Assembly: GCF_963921235.1 (NCBI RefSeq)
Contig: NC_086108.1
Coordinates: 35,590,001-35,654,000, forward strand
Reading direction: 5' to 3'
Origin: Mobula hypostoma
Lineage: Eukaryota
Length of the DNA stretch: 64,000 nt
Shown here: positions 49,880 to 61,144 of the stretch, piece after piece
Numbering within the stretch: position 1 is the stretch's first letter
Layout of the letters: every line of letters starts with the position of its first letter
Made by a program: the position numbers and the translations under genes
Notes under the pieces: generated by a model
What the model saw: the letters and a program-made list of their open reading frames with translations, nothing else
Databases searched by the model: none
Told to the model about the DNA's origin: nothing

Positions 49880-50720
49880 ACTTCCATCAGTTCGAGTGCA
49901 CAAGAATGCAAGAAGCTGCAAAGAGTAGTAGACTGAATCCGACACATCATAGGCTCATCCCTCCTCAGCATCAAAAGTTTCTACCTGAGAAGCTGCTCCA
50001 AGAAGAAGAATCTGTCATCAAAGATACGCACCATCCGGGTCATGCCCTGTACTCACAGCTATCATCGGGCAAGACCTACACAAGTCTGAAGCTCCTCACC
50101 ACGAGGTTCAAGAACAGCTACTTCCCTTCAACCATGTGTTTCTTGAAACTAATTGCACAACATAATCACGACCTCAGTATAACAACACCATAGCCATGTT
50201 GACCACTATGCACTACGGTCGACTTTTTTCTTTGAATTGTGTTCTTTCTGTATAATTTATAAGGTAATTTAAGTTTCTCTTATGAATGTTGTGCATCTGA
50301 TGCTATGTGTGGGCACGTGGCCAAGTGGTTAAGGCATTGGACCAGCTACCTGAAGGTCGTGAGTTCGAGCCCAGCCGAGGGAACGTGTTGTGTCCTTGAG
50401 CAAGGCACTTAATCACACATAGCTCTGCGACGACACTGGTGCCAAGCTGTATGGGCCCTAATGCCCTTCCCTTGGACAACATCAGTGTCGTGGAGAGGGG
50501 AGACTTGCAACATGGGCAACTGCTGGAATTCCATACGACCTTGCCCAGGCCTGCGCCCTGGAGAGTGAAGACTTTCCAGGAGCAGATCCATGGTCTCGCA
50601 AGATTAACGGATGCCTTAAAGATGCTATGTGCCCGTGAGGCTGCTACAAGTTAGTATTCCAGGGCACCTGTGCATACTGCAATTGTGCAGATGACAACAA
50701 CCTCAACTCTGACTTTGAGC
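49880..50720 (+). mobile_element. Rex1/Babar-like 3' fragment split by a SINE
   Basis: IKDTHHPGHALYSQLSSGK..TTRFKNSYFPST. Confidence 0.8.
50310..50620 (+). mobile_element. tRNA-head + CORE-like + RTE-like-tail SINE
   Basis: A box TGGCCAAGTGG, B box GAGTTCGAGCC, TGTGTCCTTGAGCAAGGCACTTAA; 11-bp TSD GATGCTATGTG at 50299-50309 and 50621-50631. Confidence 0.9.
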
Positions 50721-51734
50721 TCTACTACCTACTTACACCAGGGGCAATTTGCAGTGGCCATTGAATCTATTGTGTCTCACATCCTTGCACTGAATGAGGT
50801 ACTCAGAATCCTGAGCAGCCATAGGGGGAGCAATCAAACTCCACATAGATGCACTAGATGTCAGGTTTAAATCTGGGTTGCTGGAACTATGAGATAACAG
50901 CTCTTCTCGTTATACTGTCTATTGTCTACATGGAAAATTCCATCAAACCAATTGCACTCCGTGATGTTCAGTATAACCTCAATACTGAGATAAACACTCA
51001 GATCCAACATCAAACAAATTCAAGTAAGTAACTCCTATTTCTGTACTGGTTAATATCAATGCCAAAATTAAAGTCAAGTTTATTGTCATATGCACAAGTA
51101 TGTGTATACACTGGTTCAGTGAAGAACCTGCAGCAGCAACCCAAGCACAAGAAAAAAAAGCCATAATTAAACAAAGATTAAATCATATTAAAATTTGTTC
51201 TTTAAAACTATTTCAATTTTATTTTATGTTTTGTAGTACTCTCACAAGACTAACTTCTTTCAAGACTTGGGGAAGAGCTTCAGCCAATCATTGTAGGTTC
51301 TGTTGCTGCTCTGAAGCCCAGTGTTGGAGTCCCTCCACATCTGCAGCAAGGGGCTTGGTCTGGGGGTAGGGCACAGCAGTGATAATGGCCAGCAAGCCTC
51401 TGCCAGCACCATCTGGCCCACTGCTTCACCTTCTTCCATCTCCTCTTCTCTGAAATGAACCCACTCAATCACTCATTGACATATGGGATCTGAGTTCACA
51501 ACTTTCTGAGACTCTGACATGAGAATGCTTCCTTTGGCTGACACCTTACAAGGGTATGAAAGAAAGCCACACCACAATTGCAAAATAACCCCTAATGTGG
51601 TTACATGTCTGCATTTGTCACTATAACAATAGGTGATGCAAGTGGTGCAAGCTACAGTCTTTGCAATCTATCCATTGTATGTTATGAGAAATCATCTGTG
51701 CACACTTACCACTGAAGGTACTCTGTATATATGT

Positions 51735-52125
51735 GGATGGCATCCGTTAGTCTCGTGAGACCATGGCTCTGCACCTGGAAAATCTTGCTTCAGTCTCTCC
51801 AGGGTGCAGGCCTGGGAAAAGTTGTATGGAAGACCAGCAGTTGCCCAAGCAGCAAGTCTCCCCTCTCCATGCCACCGATGTTGTCCAAGGGAAGGGCAAG
51901 GGCCGATACAGCTTGGCACCGGTGACGTCACAGGAGCTGCCAGAGTGAGGTTAAAAGCAACGTTGGACTGCCTTAGGGACTCCAGCTCCAGATTTGTCCT
52001 CAGAGTTTACTCCCGAAGCCTTTCCCATGAGTGGGTATGGCCGCAAGGCAGCGGAGGTTTGAAAACAGAGTTTTCCCTCTCTTAGAAGGACTGCTTTCCC
52101 AGGCTGATGAGCTCCATCTACCCCA
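51735..52125 (-). mobile_element. RTE-derived bipartite non-autonomous element sharing its 3' end with the SINEs
   Basis: 51739-51925 matches the SINE 3' half; 51945-52125 matches the RTE 5'-like region of the 32505 and 57335 copies. Confidence 0.7.
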
Positions 52126-52289
52126 TGGATGTATATATAGATATAAAGGCATGCTTAATTAAACATCTAATCCATGTTGGTTAGTAGATTTCAATATAGC
52201 TATTGTTTCAGACCACAGCCTCTGTCAGATGACATTAGCCTGCCTCAAAGGGACACTAGCGAGGGATAACGCCAGAACAGCAATGGCTG

Positions 52290-54380
52290 GAATTCCTGGG
52301 AGAAATTCAAAAAACACAGGATAGATAAATCCCAAAGAGGTACTATTCTAAAGGAAGGATGACGCAACCGTGGCCAACCAAGGGAGTCAGGAGCAACGTA
52401 AAAGCAAAAGAGGGGGCGTATAAAGAGCAAAAATTAGTGGGAAGTTAGAGGATTGGGAAGCTTCTAAAAAAACAACAGAAGACAACTAAAAAAAAAACAT
52501 AAAGGAGGAAGAGATGAAATATGAAAATAAGCTAGCCAATACTATAAAAGAGGATACCAAAAGATTTTTCAGTTATGTAAAGAGTAAAAGAGAGGTGAGA
52601 GACTGCTGGAACATGACTCTGGAGAAGTAGTAATGGGGTACGAGGAAATGGCAGATGAACTCAAGTATTTTTCATCCCTCTTCTTTAAGGAAAAAGGCAG
52701 CAGTGTGCCAGAAATTTGAGAGTGTCAGGGAGCAGAGTAAGTGCAATTACAATTACTAGGGAAAAGGTGCTTGGGAAGCTGAAAGGCCATAAAATAGATA
52801 AGTCACCTGGACCAGATGGACTACACCTCAGGGTTCTGCAAGAGGTAGCTGAAGTGATTGTAGAGGCATTAGTAATGATCTTTCAAGAGTCACTAGATTC
52901 TGGAATGGTTCCTAAGGACTGGAAAATTACAAATGTCACTTTACTCTTTAAGAATGAGGGGAGGCAGAAGAAAGGAAATTAGAGGCTAGTTCGTCTGCTC
53001 TCAGTGGTTGAGAAGATGTTGGAGATGATTGTTAAGGATGAGGTCTCAGGATACTTGGAGGCATCTAATAAAATAGGCCAACGTCAGCATGATTTCCTGT
53101 AAGGGAAAGTATTGCTTGACAAACTGTTGGATTTCTTTGAAGAAATATCAAGCAGAATAGATGACAGAAAATTGGAGGACGTTGTGTAGTTGGATTTTCA
53201 GAAGGCATTTGACAAGGTGCCACACACGAGGCTGCTTAACAAGATGAAGAGCCCACAATATTACAGAAAAGATAGTCGCATGGATAGTGCATTGGCCGAT
53301 TGGCAGGAAGCCAAGAGTGGGAATAAAAGGAGCCTTTTCTGGTTGGCTGCTGGTGACTAGTGATGCTCTACAGGAGGTTGTGTTGGGACTGCTTTTTTTC
53401 ATTACATGTCAATAACTTGGATTATGGATTTGATGGTTTTTGGCCAAGTTTGCAGAAAATACTGTACAAGGATTGATGGAGGAGGAGGTAGTTTTGAAGA
53501 GGTAGACATGCTACAGAAGGACTTAAACAGATCAGGAGAATGGGCAGATGGAATACAATGTTGGGAGGTCTATGGTCATGCACTTTGGTAGAAGAATAAA
53601 AGGGGTAGACTGTTTTCTTAATGGAGAGAAAATTCAAAAATCTGAGGTGCAAAGGGACTTGGTAGTCCTCATGCAGGATTCCCTGAAGGTTAAATTGCAG
53701 GTTGAGTTGGTGGTGAGGAAGGCAAATGTACTCTTAGCATTTATTTTGAGAGGACTAGAATATAAAAGTAAGGATGTAATACTGGAGCTTTGTAAGGCAC
53801 TGGTGAGGCATGACTTGGAGTACTGTGAGTAGTTTTGAGACCCCTTATCTAAGAAGGAATGTGCTGACATTGGAGAAGGTTCAGCGGAAGTTCACAAATA
53901 TGATTCTGGGAATAAACATGTTATGATATAAAGTGTGTCTGATGGCTCTGAGCCTGCGCTTGCTGGGATTTAGAGGAATGGCGGGGGGATTTCATTGAAA
54001 CCTATCAAATGTTGAAAGGCCTTGAATGAACGGATGTGGAGAGGATGTTTCCTACAGTGGGGGAATCTAGGACTGGAGGGCATCGGCTCAGATTAGAGGG
54101 ATGCCCATTTAGAATGGAGATGAAGAGGAATCTCTATAGCCAGGAGGTGGTGAATCTGTTGAATTCATTGCCACACATAGCTGTGAAGACCAGGTCATTG
54201 GGTTTATTTAAGGCGGAAGCTGATAGGTTCTTGATTAGTCAGGGCGTGAAAGGTTACAGGGAGAAAGCAGGAGAATGGGATTGAAAGGGAAAATTGATCA
54301 GCCTTGATGAAATGGCGGAGCAGACTCAATGGACTGATTAGCCTAATTCTGCTGTATCTCTTATGATCTTATGGTTTTAT
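52290..54380 (+). mobile_element. Decayed CR1 LINE (RT)
   Basis: KSPGPDGLHLRVLQE, QDSLKVKLQVE, VVNLLNSLP; TCTTATG-type tail. Confidence 0.93.
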
Positions 54381-55224
54381 GAGGATTAGGCTGTCAACAA
54401 GGGCAGGTTTCAAACTTCTTTTACACACTATTATCTGGAAGGCAGAGGATGGTGGAAATAGATTTCATTACTGATCCTTGAAAGTGAAATATATAGATAT
54501 GCAAAAAGAAATGAGACAGTTCTGTCCACAGCATGGGCTGTAGCTTTGTCACTCTACACCCGTACCTTCATGAGTTCTACAGCTGCCATGACGTCGAGCT
54601 CTTCTGCAGTCACCTCCGTCTGCAGACCTTGCTTAAATTGCTTAAGGGGAATCACAGCAACTTAGATGTTCTGGGTGGCCTCAGGTAAGTGAATAAAGTT
54701 GCCTTGCACCAATAAGGGGATTATGAATGAGAGCGATGGTAAATCAAAGCTGAAAGACGCAGTGGAGGTGACTTTAGAGAATGGTGGGGGGGGTGGGTGG
54801 AAAGTTGAATACAGAAGAGCAGCCGTTCTTTTCAAACAGGTTTAGTGTGACTGCAAGGCAGTGAATGCCCCAGTGATGAATAGGGTGGACTTTGAGCTAA
54901 ATCTTCCTGGACTCGGCCCAGCACTTGGACTCATCACCTGTGATCCCTACAAAAACACAGTGACTAGGAGAGGATGTAGAGAGCTAATACAACTAACCCT
55001 CGAGTCAGATTGCCCCACCCCCAAGGTACGGGGGAGAAGCAGTCAGACCTCTGATACCCCAAATAGCCTTTGAAAGTTGGGATTGGAGCTTTCTCTCCTG
55101 TCAGATTTCTGAGTGATCTTAACACTTTACCAATACCTCCGACATTCAAAAGTAGATAATCATCTTAATTACTTTTTAGAAATATAAGGTGGTGTAAAAA
55201 TTGATGTAGTAGTTCCTTGAGGTT

Positions 55225-55545
55225 GTTATACCTGGGGATTGTAGAGGGGGTACGCTACCACTTCCTAGTAAATGCTCCCACCGGCATGCATCTCAAATGG
55301 CCTCTGGCAACCAAGTCCAGCTCCTAGCCTTCAACTTTGACGGGCAACTCCTGATATGCCACTGGTGCCAAACTGTATCAGTCTCTGCTGTTCCTTTGGA
55401 TTCGACAGCTGCATAGAAAGGGGGAACCTGCTGCATGGGCTACAGCCTGCACTCCATATCATACTGCCCCGGCTTGCATGCTGGCTTGCGTGTCACGTAG
55501 ACAGAATGCAACATCCATGGTCAACTCCAACCAACGGAGGGTCTC
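55225..55545 (+). mobile_element. Internally deleted copy of the RTE-derived element
   Basis: Matches both ends of 57335-57890; lacks the middle. Confidence 0.7.
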
Positions 55546-55749
55546 AAATTAACATAGTGTAAGAAATAGTTAACTTAAAATTCATTAAAAGTAATTAAAT
55601 CATCAAGTTATAAAACATAATTAAAATGATATCTTTATTCCCTTTACCTACCAATCCACCTACCAAGAAACATCTTTGTTAATGTTGTCATGGATACTAT
55701 GTCAAGTTTCCCTGGGTAAGGGAAAATCACTACAAAGTCCAGATGCACG

Positions 55750-55990
55750 CAAATTAAAATAAAATATAAAATTCTGCAAATATTTAACAGGTCAAACAAC
55801 ATTTGTGTCAGGAGACATAAGAGAAACGGGGTTGTTTCAGGTTAAAACCTCTTCAACATCCCCCTCCACACAAGCTAGTTTTGTCCCCTTTCCAGTTCTG
55901 AAGAGTCTTTGACCTGAATCATTAGCTCTGTTTCTTTTCCCACAGATGTGGCCCGACTTCCTGAGTATGTCCTGCCGTTTCAGTTTTTGA
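55750..55990. mobile_element. Ancient Penelope-like inverted remnant
   Basis: TTCAGGTTAAAACCTCTTCA pairs with TGAAGAGTCTTTGACCTGAA; outer arms weakly complementary. Confidence 0.55.
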
Positions 55991-56764
55991 ATTAGTTTTC
56001 CCCAGGGTAATGCCGGGGAATGCCAGCATGACTGGGTCCCGACGTTGGATCTCATGAAAAATTCAGCAACGGATCATGGTGAGAGATGTGGTGCCATTTG
56101 TCATTTAGTCAGTCCTGGTGTCATGATGGAAGCGCCCAGGACCATGCTTTATTTACCTCTGTGGGTGATGTCCCCATTTCCTTTTGGAACTACTGACCAG
56201 AGGCAACAAGATTTAACCCATTGTGTTTGGAGGCCAGATAAACCAAATATAAGGAGAACTTCACTGATCTGGCAGGCAGCTGAAGCAACGTAATTGTTAT
56301 CCACCTTACATAGTAAAAAGATATAATGGAGGCGTGACACTAGCAGACAGGGAACTAAATGGAATGTGTATGGCAGACAAAGAATGAAATGGAACGTAAC
56401 CTGATTGCTTATTTTGTTGCTGTGCCTGCCCTAAAGAATTTCAGTTCATAAAGATAACCATGCTACACGGCATGAACATTTAGTTCTTGAAACTCACTCA
56501 AAAATCCCAGGTGTTTAATGCATGTTAGATTTGCTGATGTAATGTGAGAATCCTACTCACTCTTCTGTGTAGTAATGCCCTTTGATTTATGATAACACCC
56601 ACATCAACAGACAGCAGAGTGGAATGTGGGAACTGGAGGAGGCCACTTCTGGAGGCTTGTTCTGCTACTTAATTAAATCATGATTGGCCGGTATTTTAAT
56701 TGCCTGTTTTAGTCCATAAAGTTTGACAAATATAATTCAATCCAATTTAATTCTTAAATTTTTA

Positions 56765-57215
56765 ATTGGTCTATCCTGGGCCAAACACGTTGATGCAATC
56801 ATGAAGCAGTTACATCAGTGGCTATACTTCATTGGGAGCTTAAGGAGATTTGGTATTTCACCAATTACTCCAGCAAATTTCCTCAGATGTACAGTGGAGA
56901 GTATTCTGAGTGGTTGCATCACTGTCCAGTATTGAAGTTTCAGTGCACAGGATCAAAAGAGGGTGCAGAGGGTTGTAGACACAGACAGCTCCATCATGAG
57001 GATATCTTCTCCCTACGCTGGAAGACGCCTTCAAAAAGGACTCTCGCCATCCAGGATGAGCCCTCTTCTCATTACCCCATCAGGGAGAAGGAAAAGGAGC
57101 TAGATTGTAACTTATTGTAATGTCTATGTCTCGTTCTGTAGTGATGCGGCCAAACAAAAATCTTCATGAATTACGTCAGTGATGATAAGCCTATTTCTAA
57201 ATCAGATTCTGAACA
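56765..57215 (+). mobile_element. Rex1/Babar-like fragment
   Basis: LSWAKHVDAIMKQLHQWLYFIGSLRRFG..RCTVESILSGCITV. Confidence 0.8.
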
Positions 57216-57334
57216 TGACTTCTTTCCTCAGGCACTCTTGTGTGTCAGGCAAAGAGAAATGCCGGAGCCAAGTTCTCCATATTCATGAAGCACACCTGTA
57301 TTTACAGTGTACAAACTGTGGTTCCTTAAGGCTA

Positions 57335-57890
57335 TTATAGCTGGGGGTGGTAATGGAGATAGGTCCCACTACCTATTAAATGCTCCCAAAGGCATGCACC
57401 TCAAATAGCCTCTGACAGCCAAGTCCAGCTCCTGGTCTTCACATGTGGCCTAGCTATCATTTCTACTGACAGAAGAAAGGGCAAAGGCAGGTTACTGATG
57501 CCTTCAAACCAGTCACCGAGCAGCTGGGGCTTGTCAGCCGTGTTTGGCAGCTCATCTAGGAGAAGGAAAACTCTGATCTCAAACCTCCACTTCCTTGTGG
57601 CTACACCCATTCATGGGGAAGGTCTTGGGAGTAAGTCCCAAAGGTAAAATCCAGAGCTGGAGCCCCTAATGCAGTCCCACATTGAGTTCAACACTGACTG
57701 GCAACTCCTGCGATGCTGCTGGTACCAAACTGCATTGGGCTCGGCCATTCTTTTGGGTTCATCAAATGCGTGGAGAAGAGGAGCTTGCTACTTGGGTAAT
57801 AGCTTGCTCTCTATATCGTACTGCCCAGGCTTACATATCTAGACAACTAAGACACAACATCCATGGTTGACCCTGACTGACAGAGGCCTC
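57335..57890 (+). mobile_element. RTE-derived bipartite non-autonomous element (most complete copy)
   Basis: 5' hairpin; GGCAGCTCATCTAGGAGAAGGAAAACTCTGATC; 3' CATCCATGGTTGACC...GAGGCCTC. Confidence 0.7.
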
Positions 57891-58384
57891 ACTCACAAAC
57901 CGTGGATGACTTCTTCATTACGTATTCACCAGGCATGCAGCTGAATTTCTACGCCATAACTCGAAGGAATTCCGACCCTTCCAATCCATGTACTTATCCA
58001 AATTTCTTTTCAATGATTAACTCAAACCTGCATCCTTCATTTCCACTGGCAGCATGTTCCTCATTGCTCCGCTCTCCGAGAAAAATGAGGTTCCCCCTCA
58101 GGTTTCCTTCCACCACTAACCTATAGGTCTAGTCTCACCCAAACTCAGTGGAAGAAACCTGCTTGTAGTTACCCTATCTCTCACCATCATGAAGGGACAG
58201 GCTGGAGTTCAGTATACCATAACAATGAAAAGAAACTATGCTCTTTGTCAATGAAGTGCAGGAGTGATGCATCAACTGGGATTACAAAGGGAGTCTGTGC
58301 CAAGTGAGCAGACAGTAGGATATTGCCAGACAACATTACACATACCTGTCTTACTGTTCCATTGATGGACCAGTCACAGGTGGT

Positions 58385-59530
58385 GAATCAGCTTACCTGA
58401 GTGAGTAGGACATCTGGTTGTGTTGTTCTGCAACAAAACCTCTTACTCAGCATCAGTAAACTGAAGGTTGGTGACTCCAGGAAGAGAAATAAAGACAAAC
58501 ATGCACCAGTCTACATTGGCGGGTCAGTAGCGGAGTGAACCAGCAGCTTCGAATTCCTGGCCTTTAGCATATAGACTTGTCATGCACACAGCTCATTGAT
58601 GCAGTCATAAGGAAAGCACAGTGTCTTGAACTTCTCAGGAGTCATAGAGCACTACAACACAGAAACAGGCCCTTCAGCCCATCTAATCTGTGTCAAATTG
58701 TTATTCTTGCCTAGTCCAATTGACCCGCTTTTGGGAACTAGTCCCCTCTCCATACCCCTTCCATCCATGCACTTATCTGAATTCTTAAATGTTGCAATCG
58801 AACACACATCCACCACTTCTGCTGGCATCCTGTTCCACACTTGCGCCACCCGCTGCATGAATAACTTCTGTCTCAGGTTCCCTTAAATATTTCACCTTTT
58901 ACTCATAGCCTATGATCTCTAGTTGTAGTGGCTAAAGAGGTTCAATTTGTTATCAAACATTCTGACAAGCCTACAGAAGTCCTGTTGAAAGTTCCTTGAC
59001 TGATTGCATCATGGTCTGCTGCAGCAATGTGAATGAGCAGGAGTGTGAGAAGTGCACAGAGTGGCGGATTCTGCCCAATACACACAGGCACATCGACCCT
59101 CCCCCACCATTGGTTGTATCTACCGAAGGAAATGCCTCAAGAAGGCAATATCAATTCAAAGATCACCACGTCACCTTTTGACAGCTACCACCGGACAGGA
59201 TATGCAGAAGCCTGAATTTCCACATCATCATGTTCAAGCACAACAACTTCCCTTCAAGCAGTTGGTTCTCGAACCAACCAGCAAAACTCTAATTACTACA
59301 GTTTAGCAAAACTATAACCATTTTGATCACTTTGAACTAAAATGAACCTTTTTTGTTCCAATTATGTTCTTTCTAGTAAAAATTATATATAACTTATGCT
59401 CAATTTATGTTTTTGTGACTGCTGCTTACATAATGCTATGTAACTGTGACGTTGCTGCAAATACGTTTTTCATTGCCCCTGTGCGTTCATGTACTTGTGC
59501 ATATGACAACAAACTCCACTTCAACTTCTA
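58385..59530 (+). mobile_element. Old Rex1/Babar-like LINE with nested antisense CR1 tail (~58640-58928)
   Basis: LTDCIMVCCSN; nested QRVAQVWNRMPAEVV on the minus strand. Confidence 0.7.
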
Positions 59531-59590
59531 GTTTTCTTTTACGGCCTGTCATTCTTCGCTGTTGTCAATACCAAGTTACATTTCACCACA

Positions 59591-60161
59591 CACTCAGTGG
59601 CCATTTTATTAGGTACACCCCTGCACCTGCTCAGTAATCCAAGTATCTAATCAGCCAATCATGTGGCAGCAATTTCATGCATAAAAGCATGCAGACATGG
59701 ACAAGAGGTTCAGTTGTTGTTCAGACCAAACATCAGAGCGAGGAAGAAATGTGATCTAAGTGACTCTGACCGTGGAATATTTGCTGGTGCCAGATGGGAT
59801 GGTTTGAGTAGCTCAGTAACTGCTGATCTCTTGTTCCCCACACCCCCCCCCACACAGGACAGTCTCTAGAGCTTACAGAGAATGGTGTAAAAAACAAAAA
59901 AAAAATCCAGTGAGCGGTAGTTCTGTGAGCGAAAGTGCCTTCTTAATGAGCAAGGTCAGAGGCCAGACTGGTCCAAGATGTTCGGAAAGTGACAGTAAGT
60001 CAGATAGCCACATGTTACAACAGTGGTGTGCGGAAGAACATCTCTGGATGCACAACACGTGGAACCTTCAAGTGGATGGGTGAAAGCGGCAGAAGACAAC
60101 GGATGTGCACTCAGTGGCCACTTTATTGGGTATCTCCTGTGCCAAATAAAGCGGCCACATG
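59591..60161 (+). mobile_element. Tc1-like non-autonomous element
   Basis: TIR CACTCAGTGGCCA(C/T)TTTATT at 59591, again at 60108 and inverted at ~60145-60161; N-terminal transposase remnant KKCDLSDSDRGIFAGAR...TADLL. Confidence 0.85.
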
Positions 60162-60253
60162 TAAATCTCAGTGTTAGGGAAGGTTGAACCTACCGAACTC
60201 AAAAGACAGAACAGAATGCTGCCACTGGGCAAAACCAGCATCTTGACACAAGT

Positions 60254-60469
60254 AACAGGAATTCTGCAGATGCTGGAAATTCAAGCAACATACATCAAAG
60301 TTGCTGGTGAACGCAGCAGGCCAAGCAGCATCTATAGGAAGAGGCGCAGTCGACGTTTCAGGCCGAGACCCTTCGTCAGGACAAAGGGTCTCGGCCTGAA
60401 ACGTCGACTGCGCCTCTTCCTATAGATGCTGCTTGGCCTGCTGCGTTCACCAGCAACTTTGATGTATGT
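60254..60469. mobile_element. Penelope-like mini-insertion: perfect 86-bp inverted repeat plus one-sided tail, 14-bp TSD
   Basis: Arms 60288-60373 and 60384-60469; 34-nt extension on the left only; TSD ATCTTGACACAAGT at 60240-60253 and 60470-60483. Confidence 0.88.
60347..60382 (-). ncRNA. Minimal type I hammerhead ribozyme motif
   Basis: Minus strand reads GTCCTGACGAAGGGTCTCGGCCTGAAACGTCGACTG. Confidence 0.8.
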
Positions 60470-61144
60470 ATCTTGACACAAGTTGCAGCTTTCTCGGGTT
60501 GTGAGTTGCAATGAATTGACCTCAGTGGCGACTGAACAAAATGAGAGATGGAATTTCTTGCAGTTAGCTTTTCATGTCAGTTTTGTGCTGAATATGAGCA
60601 GTCTGAAAAATATTCTCTGAAATTGCACCGATTCAGAGGGTGTCGATGAGCTGAGATAACTGCCAAACGACTCAGTCAGCCGGCATTGACGACATTACTG
60701 CTTCAAACTGTTATTCTATCACAAGTCTAATCTGACTGCTTCAGAGATTTCAAAACAGAGTTGACCAGAAAAAGAACCACATAGATACAAGAGAGCCAAA
60801 ATATGTTATCTGTACTTTTCCAACTTGAAAGAACATTAAGATTATTTCAAACGCTCTGTTCTTTTCTCAGAGAACATGAGACCACAGTTCAGAAGAAACT
60901 GGTTCACTTAATTTTGGCAGAGTGATCAGCATTAAGATATGTAATTTGTTTGGAGGAAGTACATTCCTTAGCTTTCCAGTCAACTTTATAAAAAAACAGC
61001 AACAGCATCATTCCTTTCCAGACTTGTGCTTTCATATATTTCATTAGATATAAACCAATGCACTCCCTCCCACTCTCTGGCTATCTAACAACCCTGCTGG
61101 TCCATTGAACCTCTTTAGACAACTGGTCAACCAGTGAGATAATA

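Noticed and set aside
50310..50385. tRNA gene
   Set aside because: A and B boxes are present, but it continues into a SINE body with tail and TSD, so it is a SINE head.
57395..57470. HDV-like ribozyme at the RTE-derived 5' end (GGTC-TTCACATGT-GGCC resembles P3/L3)
   Set aside because: I could not build P1, P1.1 or P2 pairings by eye. A consensus-based RNAMotif search would be needed.
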